Source: Lepidodermella squamata (Eukaryota > Animalia > Gastrotricha). Taken from it: 64,000 nucleotides of DNA. This document shows positions 1 through 11,992 of the stretch, piece after piece; the stretch's first letter is position 1, and each line of letters begins with the position of its first letter. The stretch covers positions 2,232,001 to 2,296,000 of the forward strand of contig JBLDXI010000004.1 of NCBI GenBank assembly GCA_047495785.1, given 5' to 3'. Below the pieces are notes generated by a model. It searched no databases. It saw only the letters and a program-made list of their open reading frames with translations, and was not told the DNA's origin. Position numbers and translations under genes: made by a program.

Positions 1-3000
1 GCGTATGAGTCCTGCCATCCAAGCGGGTAACTGCCACATTGGTGTAAAGAGGCTAGATTAACCAAATCAAATGCGACGAAGACGATGGCAATGTCAGATT
101 TCATGCCAGAGTTATCGATTCGATAGTCATCGATAAGTTTTGATTGATTGGTTTATCGATTTTGGCCCCTTTTGTCACCTCGGGATGGCTTTTTCACGAA
201 TGGTGATGTCTGGCGGGCTGAAAATTTGCAAATATTCAGAATCAGCATTGTCGAAAACCCCTGTACAGTCATTTGGGCCATAGGCGGCTCAGTTTTGACA
301 AAATTTACCCTTTTTCGTGAGCTTTAAAGGCCAGGCGGCTATGCTTTAAGTCCGTTTGAATGTCCATTTTACAAACGGTGATGAATTTAGGTCTAATTTT
401 TTGCAGATGTTGAGATTCAGCATTGTCGATAACCCTTGACAAATAAATTTGACATTCGTACTGGCCAGATTTCCAAAAAATGTCAATTTACGGTGAAAAA
501 AACAGCAAATTTCAAGTTTGCGCAAACTCAAGTCAAATTTTCAATGCGTATGAGTCCTGCCATCCAAGCGGGTAACTGCCACATTGGTGTAAAGAGGCTA
601 GATTAACCAAATCAAATGCGACGAAGACGATGGCAATGTCAGATTTCATGCCAGAGTTATCGATTCGATAGTCATCGATAAGTTTTGATTGATTGGTTTA
701 TCGATTTTGGCCCCTTTTGTCACCTCGGGATGGCTTTTTCACGAATGGTGATGTCTGGCGGGCTGAAAATTTGCAAATATTCAGAATCAGCATTGTCGAA
801 AACCCCTGTACAGTCATTTGGGCCATAGGCGGCTCAGTTTTGACAAAATTTACCCTTTTTCGTGAGCTTTAAAGGCCAGGCGGCTATGCTTTAAGTCCGT
901 TTGAATGTCCATTTTACAAACGGTGATGAATTTAGGTCTAATTTTTTGCAGATGTTGAGATTCAGCATTGTCGATAACCCTTGACAAATAAATTTGACAT
1001 TCGTACTAGCCAGATTTCCAAAAAATGTCAATTTACGGTGAAAAAAACAGCAAATTTCAAGTTTGCGCAAACTCAAGTCAAATTTTCAATGCGTATGAGT
1101 CCTGCCATCCAAGCGGGTAACTGCCACATTGGTGTAAAGAAGCTAGATTAACCAAATCAAATGCGACGAAGACGATGGCAATGTCAGATTTCATGCCAGA
1201 GTTATCGATTCGATAGTTATCGATAAGTTTTGATTGATTGGTTTATCGATTTTGGCCCCTTTTGTCACCTCGGGATGGCTTTTTCACGAATGGTGATGTC
1301 TGGCGGGCTGAAAATTTGCAAATATTCAGAATCAGCATTGTCGAAAACCCCTGTACAGTCATTTGGGCCATAGGCGGCTCAGTTTTGACAAAATTTACCC
1401 TTTTTCGTGAGCTTTAAAGGCCAGGCGGCTATGCTTTAAGTCCGTTTGAATGTCCATTTTACAAACGGTGATGAATTTAGGTCTAATTTTTTGCAGATGT
1501 TGAGATTCAGCATTGTCGATAACCCTTGACAAATAAATTTGACATTCGTACTGGCCAGATTTCCAAAAAATGTCAATTTACGGTGAAAAAAACAGCAAAT
1601 TTCAAGTTTGCGCAAACTCAAGTCAAATTTTCAATGCGTATGAGTCCTGCCATCCAAGCGGGTAACTGCCACATTGGTGTAAAGAGGCTAGATTAACCAA
1701 ATCAAATGCGACGAAGACGATGGCAATGTCAGATTTCATGCCAGAGTTATCGATTCGATAGTCATCGATAAGTTTTGATTGATTGGTTTATCGATTTTGG
1801 CCCCTTTTGTCACCTCGGGATGGCTTTTTCACGAATGGTGATGTCTGGCGGGCTGAAAATTTGCAAATATTCAGAATCAGCATTGTCGAAAACCCCTGTA
1901 CAGTCATTTGGGCCATAGGCGGCTCAGTTTTGACAAAATTTACCCTTTTTCGTGAGCTTTAAAGGCCAGGCGGCTATGCTTTAAGTCCGTTTGAATGTCC
2001 ATTTTACAAACGGTGATGAATTTAGGTCTAATTTTTTGCAGATGTTGAGATTCAGCATTGTCGATAACCCTTGACAAATAAATTTGACATTCGTACTAGC
2101 CAGATTTCCAAAAAATGTCAATTTACGGTGAAAAAAACAGCAAATTTCAAGTTTGCGCAAACTCAAGTCAAATTTTCAATGCGTATGAGTCCTGCCATCC
2201 AAGCGGGTAACTGCCACATTGGTGTAAAGAAGCTAGATTAACCAAATCAAATGCGACGAAGACGATGGCAATGTCAGATTTCATGCCAGAGTTATCGATT
2301 CGATAGTCATCGATAAGTTTTGATTGATTGGTTTATCGATTTTGGCCCCTTTTGTCACCTCGGGATGGCTTTTTCACGAATGGTGATGTCTGGCGGGCTG
2401 AAAATTTGCAAATATTCAGAATCAGCATTGTCGAAAACCCCTGTACAGTCATTTGGGCCATAGGCGGCTCAGTTTTGACAAAATTTACCCTTTTTCGTGA
2501 GCTTTAAAGGCCAGGCGGCTATGCTTTAAGTCCGTTTGAATGTCCATTTTACAAACGGTGATGAATTTAGGTCTAATTTTTTGCAGATGTTGAGATTCAG
2601 CATTGTCGATAACCCTTGACAAATAAATTTGACATTCGTACTGGCCAGATTTCCAAAAAATGTCAATTTACGGTGAAAAAAACAGCAAATTTCAAGTTTG
2701 CGCAAACTCAAGTCAAATTTTCAATGCGTATGAGTCCTGCCATCCAAGCGGGTAACTGCCACATTGGTGTAAAGAGGCTAGATTAACCAAATCAAATGCG
2801 ACGAAGACGATGGCAATGTCAGATTTCATGCCAGAGTTATCGATTCGATAGTCATCGATAAGTTTTGATTGATTGGTTTATCGATTTTGGCCCCTTTTGT
2901 CACCTCGGGATGGCTTTTTCACGAATGGTGATGTCTGGCGGGCTGAAAATTTGCAAATATTCAGAATCAGCATTGTCGAAAACCCCTGTACAGTCATTTG

Positions 3001-6000
3001 GGCCATAGGCGGCTCAGTTTTGACAAAATTTACCCTTTTTCGTGAGCTTTAAAGGCCAGGCGGCTATGCTTTAAGTCCGTTTGAATGTCCATTTTACAAA
3101 CGGTGATGAATTTAGGTCTAATTTTTTGCAGATGTTGAGATTCAGCATTGTCGATAACCCTTGACAAATAAATTTGACATTCGTACTGGCCAGATTTCCA
3201 AAAAATGTCAATTTACGGTGAAAAAAACAGCAAATTTCAAGTTTGCGCAAACTCAAGTCAAATTTTCAATGCGTATGAGTCCTGCCATCCAAGCGGGTAA
3301 CTGCCACATTGGTGTAAAGAGGCTAGATTAACCAAATCAAATGCGACGAAGACGATGGCAATGTCAGATTTCATGCCAGAGTTATCGATTCGATAGTCAT
3401 CGATAAGTTTTGATTGATTGGTTTATCGATTTTGGCCCCTTTTGTCACCTCGGGATGGCTTTTTCACGAATGGTGATGTCTGGCGGGCTGAAAATTTGCA
3501 AATATTCAGAATCAGCATTGTCGAAAACCCCTGTACAGTCATTTGGGCCATAGGCGGCTCAGTTTTGACAAAATTTACCCTTTTTCGTGAGCTTTAAAGG
3601 CCAGGCGGCTATGCTTTAAGTCCGTTTGAATGTCCATTTTACAAACGGTGATGAATTTAGGTCTAATTTTTTGCAGATGTTGAGATTCAGCATTGTCGAT
3701 AACCCTTGACAAATAAATTTGACATTCGTACTGGCCAGATTTCCAAAAAATGTCAATTTACGGTGAAAAAAACAGCAAATTTCAAGTTTGCGCAAACTCA
3801 AGTCAAATTTTCAATGCGTATGAGTCCTGCCATCCAAGCGGGTAACTGCCACATTGGTGTAAAGAGGCTAGATTAACCAAATCAAATGCGACGAAGACGA
3901 TGGCAATGTCAGATTTCATGCCAGAGTTATCGATTCGATAGTCATCGATAAGTTTTGATTGATTGGTTTATCGATTTTGGCCCCTTTTGTCACCTCGGGA
4001 TGGCTTTTTCACGAATGGTGATGTCTGGCGGGCTGAAAATTTGCAAATATTCAGAATCAGCATTGTCGAAAACCCCTGTACAGTCATTTGGGCCATAGGC
4101 GGCTCAGTTTTGACAAAATTTACCCTTTTTCGTGAGCTTTAAAGGCCAGGCGGCTATGCTTTAAGTCCGTTTGAATGTCCATTTTACAAACGGTGATGAA
4201 TTTAGGTCTAATTTTTTGCAGATGTTGAGATTCAGCATTGTCGATAACCCTTGACAAATAAATTTGACATTCGTACTGGCCAGATTTCCAAAAAATGTCA
4301 ATTTACGGTGAAAAAAACAGCAAATTTCAAGTTTGCGCAAACTCAAGTCAAATTTTCAATGCGTATGAGTCCTGCCATCCAAGCGGGTAACTGCCACATT
4401 GGTGTAAAGAGGCTAGATTAACCAAATCAAATGCGACGAAGACGATGGCAATGTCAGATTTCATGCCAGAGTTATCGATTCGATAGTCATCGATAAGTTT
4501 TGATTGATTGGTTTATCGATTTTGGCCCCTTTTGTCACCTCGGGATGGCTTTTTCACGAATGGTGATGTCTGGCGGGCTGAAAATTTGCAAATATTCAGA
4601 ATCAGCATTGTCGAAAACCCCTGTACAGTCATTTGGGCCATAGGCGGCTCAGTTTTGACAAAATTTACCCTTTTTCGTGAGCTTTAAAGGCCAGGCGGCT
4701 ATGCTTTAAGTCCGTTTGAATGTCCATTTTACAAACGGTGATGAATTTAGGTCTAATTTTTTGCAGATGTTGAGATTCAGCATTGTCGATAACCCTTGAC
4801 AAATAAATTTGACATTCGTACTGGCCAGATTTCCAAAAAATGTCAATTTACGGTGAAAAAAACAGCAAATTTCAAGTTTGCGCAAACTCAAGTCAAATTT
4901 TCAATGCGTATGAGTCCTGCCATCCAAGCGGGTAACTGCCACATTGGTGTAAAGAGGCTAGATTAACCAAATCAAATGCGACGAAGACGATGGCAATGTC
5001 AGATTTCATGCCAGAGTTATCGATTCGATAGTCATCGATAAGTTTTGATTGATTGGTTTATCGATTTTGGCCCCTTTTGTCACCTCGGGATGGCTTTTTC
5101 ACGAATGGTGATGTCTGGCGGGCTGAAAATTTGCAAATATTCAGAATCAGCATTGTCGAAAACCCCTGTACAGTCATTTGGGCCATAGGCGGCTCAGTTT
5201 TGACAAAATTTACCCTTTTTCGTGAGCTTTAAAGGCCAGGCGGCTATGCTTTAAGTCCGTTTGAATGTCCATTTTACAAACGGTGATGAATTTAGGTCTA
5301 ATTTTTTGCAGATGTTGAGATTCAGCATTGTCGATAACCCTTGACAAATAAATTTGACATTCGTACTGGCCAGATTTCCAAAAAATGTCAATTTACGGTG
5401 AAAAAAACAGCAAATTTCAAGTTTGCGCAAACTCAAGTCAAATTTTCAATGCGTATGAGTCCTGCCATCCAAGCGGGTAACTGCCACATTGGTGTAAAGA
5501 GGCTAGATTAACCAAATCAAATGCGACGAAGACGATGGCAATGTCAGATTTCATGCCAGAGTTATCGATTCGATAGTCATCGATAAGTTTTGATTGATTG
5601 GTTTATCGATTTTGGCCCCTTTTGTCACCTCGGGATGGCTTTTTCACGAATGGTGATGTCTGGCGGGCTGAAAATTTGCAAATATTCAGAATCAGCATTG
5701 TCGAAAACCCCTGTACAGTCATTTGGGCCATAGGCGGCTCAGTTTTGACAAAATTTACCCTTTTTCGTGAGCTTTAAAGGCCAGGCGGCTATGCTTTAAG
5801 TCCGTTTGAATGTCCATTTTACAAACGGTGATGAATTTAGGTCTAATTTTTTGCAGATGTTGAGATTCAGCATTGTCGATAACCCTTGACAAATAAATTT
5901 GACATTCGTACTGGCCAGATTTCCAAAAAATGTCAATTTACGGTGAAAAAAACAGCAAATTTCAAGTTTGCGCAAACTCAAGTCAAATTTTCAATGCGTA

Positions 6001-9000
6001 TGAGTCCTGCCATCCAAGCGGGTAACTGCCACATTGGTGTAAAGAGGCTAGATTAACCAAATCAAATGCGACGAAGACGATGGCAATGTCAGATTTCATG
6101 CCAGAGTTATCGATTCGATAGTCATCGATAAGTTTTGATTGATTGGTTTATCGATTTTGGCCCCTTTTGTCACCTCGGGATGGCTTTTTCACGAATGGTG
6201 ATGTCTGGCGGGCTGAAAATTTGCAAATATTCAGAATCAGCATTGTCGAAAACCCCTGTACAGTCATTTGGGCCATAGGCGGCTCAGTTTTGACAAAATT
6301 TACCCTTTTTCGTGAGCTTTAAAGGCCAGGCGGCTATGCTTTAAGTCCGTTTGAATGTCCATTTTACAAACGGTGATGAATTTAGGTCTAATTTTTTGCA
6401 GATGTTGAGATTCAGCATTGTCGATAACCCTTGACAAATAAATTTGACATTCGTACTGGCCAGATTTCCAAAAAATGTCAATTTACGGTGAAAAAAACAG
6501 CAAATTTCAAGTTTGCGCAAACTCAAGTCAAATTTTCAATGCGTATGAGTCCTGCCATCCAAGCGGGTAACTGCCACATTGGTGTAAAGAGGCTAGATTA
6601 ACCAAATCAAATGCGACGAAGACGATGGCAATGTCAGATTTCATGCCAGAGTTATCGATTCGATAGTCATCGATAAGTTTTGATTGATTGGTTTATCGAT
6701 TTTGGCCCCTTTTGTCACCTCGGGATGGCTTTTTCACGAATGGTGATGTCTGGCGGGCTGAAAATTTGCAAATATTCAGAATCAGCATTGTCGAAAACCC
6801 CTGTACAGTCATTTGGGCCATAGGCGGCTCAGTTTTGACAAAATTTACCCTTTTTCGTGAGCTTTAAAGGCCAGGCGGCTATGCTTTAAGTCCGTTTGAA
6901 TGTCCATTTTACAAACGGTGATGAATTTAGGTCTCATTTTTTGCAGATGTTGAGATTCAGCATTGTCGATAACCCTTGACAAATAAATTTGACATTCGTA
7001 CTGGCCAGATTTCCAAAAAATGTCAATTTACGGTGAAAAAAACAGCAAATTTCAAGTTTGCGCAAACTCAAGTCAAATTTTCAATGCGTATGAGTCCTGC
7101 CATCCAAGCGGGTAACTGCCACATTGGTGTAAAGAGGCTAGATTAACCAAATCAAATGCGACGAAGACGATGGCAATGTCAGATTTCATGCCAGAGTTAT
7201 CGATTCGATAGTCATCGATAAGTTTTGATTGATTGGTTTATCGATTTTGGCCCCTTTTGTCACCTCGGGATGGCTTTTTCACGAATGGTGATGTCTGGCG
7301 GGCTGAAAATTTGCAAATATTCAGAATCAGCATTGTCGAAAACCCCTGTACAGTCATTTGGGCCATAGGCGGCTCAGTTTTGACAAAATTTACCCTTTTT
7401 CGTGAGCTTTAAAGGCCAGGCGGCTATGCTTTAAGTCCGTTTGAATGTCCATTTTACAAACGGTGATGAATTTAGGTCTAATTTTTTGCAGATGTTGAGA
7501 TTCAGCATTGTCGATAACCCTTGACAAATAAATTTGACATTCGTACTGGCCAGATTTCCAAAAAATGTCAATTTACGGTGAAAAAAACAGCAAATTTCAA
7601 GTTTGCGCAAACTCAAGTCAAATTTTCAATGCGTATGAGTCCTGCCATCCAAGCGGGTAACTGCCACATTGGTGTAAAGAGGCTAGATTAACCAAATCAA
7701 ATGCGACGAAGACGATGGCAATGTCAGATTTCATGCCAGAGTTATCGATTCGATAGTCATCGATAAGTTTTGATTGATTGGTTTATCGATTTTGGCCCCT
7801 TTTGTCACCTCGGGATGGCTTTTTCACGAATGGTGATGTCTGGCGGGCTGAAAATTTGCAAATATTCAGAATCAGCATTGTCGAAAACCCCTGTACAGTC
7901 ATTTGGGCCATAGGCGGCTCAGTTTTGACAAAATTTACCCTTTTTCGTGAGCTTTAAAGGCCAGGCGGCTATGCTTTAAGTCCGTTTGAATGTCCATTTT
8001 ACAAACGGTGATGAATTTAGGTCTAATTTTTTGCAGATGTTGAGATTCAGCATTGTCGATAACCCTTGACAAATAAATTTGACATTCGTACTGGCCAGAT
8101 TTCCAAAAAATGTCAATTTACGGTGAAAAAAACAGCAAATTTCAAGTTTGCGCAAACTCAAGTCAAATTTTCAATGCGTATGAGTCCTGCCATCCAAGCG
8201 GGTAACTGCCACATTGGTGTAAAGAGGCTAGATTAACCAAATCAAATGCGACGAAGACGATGGCAATGTCAGATTTCATGCCAGAGTTATCGATTCGATA
8301 GTCATCGATAAGTTTTGATTGATTGGTTTATCGATTTTGGCCCCTTTTGTCACCTCGGGATGGCTTTTTCACGAATGGTGATGTCTGGCGGGCTGAAAAT
8401 TTGCAAATATTCAGAATCAGCATTGTCGAAAACCCCTGTACAGTCATTTGGGCCATAGGCGGCTCAGTTTTGACAAAATTTACCCTTTTTCGTGAGCTTT
8501 AAAGGCCAGGCGGCTATGCTTTAAGTCCGTTTGAATGTCCATTTTACAAACGGTGATGAATTTAGGTCTAATTTTTTGCAGATGTTGAGATTCAGCATTG
8601 TCGATAACCCTTGACAAATAAATTTGACATTCGTACTGGCCAGATTTCCAAAAAATGTCAATTTACGGTGAAAAAAACAGCAAATTTCAAGTTTGCGCAA
8701 ACTCAAGTCAAATTTTCAATGCGTATGAGTCCTGCCATCCAAGCGGGTAACTGCCACATTGGTGTAAAGAGGCTAGATTAACCAAATCAAATGCGACGAA
8801 GACGATGGCAATGTCAGATTTCATGCCAGAGTTATCGATTCGATAGTCATCGATAAGTTTTGATTGATTGGTTTATCGATTTTGGCCCCTTTTGTCACCT
8901 CGGGATGGCTTTTTCACGAATGGTGATGTCTGGCGGGCTGAAAATTTGCAAATATTCAGAATCAGCATTGTCGAAAACCCCTGTACAGTCATTTGGGCCA

Positions 9001-11992
9001 TAGGCGGCTCAGTTTTGACAAAATTTACCCTTTTTCGTGAGCTTTAAAGGCCAGGCGGCTATGCTTTAAGTCCGTTTGAATGTCCATTTTACAAACGGTG
9101 ATGAATTTAGGTCTAATTTTTTGCAGATGTTGAGATTCAGCATTGTCGATAACCCTTGACAAATAAATTTGACATTCGTACTGGCCAGATTTCCAAAAAA
9201 TGTCAATTTACGGTGAAAAAAACAGCAAATTTCAAGTTTGCGCAAACTCAAGTCAAATTTTCAATGCGTATGAGTCCTGCCATCCAAGCGGGTAACTGCC
9301 ACATTGGTGTAAAGAGGCTAGATTAACCAAATCAAATGCGACGAAGACGATGGCAATGTCAGATTTCATGCCAGAGTTATCGATTCGATAGTCATCGATA
9401 AGTTTTGATTGATTGGTTTATCGATTTTGGCCCCTTTTGTCACCTCGGGATGGCTTTTTCACGAATGGTGATGTCTGGCGGGCTGAAAATTTGCAAATAT
9501 TCAGAATCAGCATTGTCGAAAACCCCTGTACAGTCATTTGGGCCATAGGCGGCTCAGTTTTGACAAAATTTACCCTTTTTCGTGAGCTTTAAAGGCCAGG
9601 CGGCTATGCTTTAAGTCCGTTTGAATGTCCATTTTACAAACGGTGATGAATTTAGGTCTAATTTTTTGCAGATGTTGAGATTCAGCATTGTCGATAACCC
9701 TTGACAAATAAATTTGACATTCGTACTGGCCAGATTTCCAAAAAATGTCAATTTACGGTGAAAAAAACAGCAAATTTCAAGTTTGCGCAAACTCAAGTCA
9801 AATTTTCAATGCGTATGAGTCCTGCCATCCAAGCGGGTAACTGCCACATTGGTGTAAAGAGGCTAGATTAACCAAATCAAATGCGACGAAGACGATGGCA
9901 ATGTCAGATTTCATGCCAGAGTTATCGATTCGATAGTCATCGATAAGTTTTGATTGATTGGTTTATCGATTTTGGCCCCTTTTGTCACCTCGGGATGGCT
10001 TTTTCACGAATGGTGATGTCTGGCGGGCTGAAAATTTGCAAATATTCAGAATCAGCATTGTCGAAAACCCCTGTACAGTCATTTGGGCCATAGGCGGCTC
10101 AGTTTTGACAAAATTTACCCTTTTTCGTGAGCTTTAAAGGCCAGGCGGCTATGCTTTAAGTCCGTTTGAATGTCCATTTTACAAACGGTGATGAATTTAG
10201 GTCTAATTTTTTGCAGATGTTGAGATTCAGCATTGTCGATAACCCTTGACAAATAAATTTGACATTCGTACTGGCCAGATTTCCAAAAAATGTCAATTTA
10301 CGGTGAAAAAAACAGCAAATTTCAAGTTTGCGCAAACTCAAGTCAAATTTTCAATGCGTATGAGTCCTGCCATCCAAGCGGGTAACTGCCACATTGGTGT
10401 AAAGAGGCTAGATTAACCAAATCAAATGCGACGAAGACGATGGCAATGTCAGATTTCATGCCAGAGTTATCGATTCGATAGTCATCGATAAGTTTTGATT
10501 GATTGGTTTATCGATTTTGGCCCCTTTTGTCACCTCGGGATGGCTTTTTCACGAATGGTGATGTCTGGCGGGCTGAAAATTTGCAAATATTCAGAATCAG
10601 CATTGTCGAAAACCCCTGTACAGTCATTTGGGCCATAGGCGGCTCAGTTTTGACAAAATTTACCCTTTTTCGTGAGCTTTAAAGGCCAGGCGGCTATGCT
10701 TTAAGTCCGTTTGAATGTCCATTTTACAAACGGTGATGAATTTAGGTCTAATTTTTTGCAGATGTTGAGATTCAGCATTGTCGATAACCCTTGACAAATA
10801 AATTTGACATTCGTACTGGCCAGATTTCCAAAAAATGTCAATTTACGGTGAAAAAAACAGCAAATTTCAAGTTTGCGCAAACTCAAGTCAAATTTTCAAT
10901 GCGTATGAGTCCTGCCATCCAAGCGGGTAACTGCCACATTGGTGTAAAGAGGCTAGATTAACCAAATCAAATGCGACGAAGACGATGGCAATGTCAGATT
11001 TCATGCCAGAGTTATCGATTCGATAGTCATCGATAAGTTTTGATTGATTGGTTTATCGATTTTGGCCCCTTTTGTCACCTCGGGATGGCTTTTTCACGAA
11101 TGGTGATGTCTGGCGGGCTGAAAATTTGCAAATATTCAGAATCAGCATTGTCGAAAACCCCTGTACAGTCATTTGGGCCATAGGCGGCTCAGTTTTGACA
11201 AAATTTACCCTTTTTCGTGAGCTTTAAAGGCCAGGCGGCTATGCTTTAAGTCCGTTTGAATGTCCATTTTACAAACGGTGATGAATTTAGGTCTAATTTT
11301 TTGCAGATGTTGAGATTCAGCATTGTCGATAACCCTTGACAAATAAATTTGACATTCGTACTGGCCAGATTTCCAAAAAATGTCAATTTACGGTGAAAAA
11401 AACAGCAAATTTCAAGTTTGCGCAAACTCAAGTCAAATTTTCAATGCGTATGAGTCCTGCCATCCAAGCGGGTAACTGCCACATTGGTGTAAAGAGGCTA
11501 GATTAACCAAATCAAATGCGACGAAGACGATGGCAATGTCAGATTTCATGCCAGAGTTATCGATTCGATAGTCATCGATAAGTTTTGATTGATTGGTTTA
11601 TCGATTTTGGCCCCTTTTGTCACCTCGGGATGGCTTTTTCACGAATGGTGATGTCTGGCGGGCTGAAAATTTGCAAATATTCAGAATCAGCATTGTCGAA
11701 AACCCCTGTACAGTCATTTGGGCCATAGGCGGCTCAGTTTTGACAAAATTTACCCTTTTTCGTGAGCTTTAAAGGCCAGGCGGCTATGCTTTAAGTCCGT
11801 TTGAATGTCCATTTTACAAACGGTGATGAATTTAGGTCTAATTTTTTGCAGATGTTGAGATTCAGCATTGTCGATAACCCTTGACAAATAAATTTGACAT
11901 TCGTACTGGCCAGATTTCCAAAAAATGTCAATTTACGGTGAAAAAAACAGCAAATTTCAAGTTTGCGCAAACTCAAGTCAAATTTTCAATGC
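1..11992 (+). repeat. Satellite block 1, forward orientation (22 monomers)
   Basis: Monomer starts at 1+545k up to 11991, where GCGTATG is replaced by GCTGATTCTG. Confidence 0.97.
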
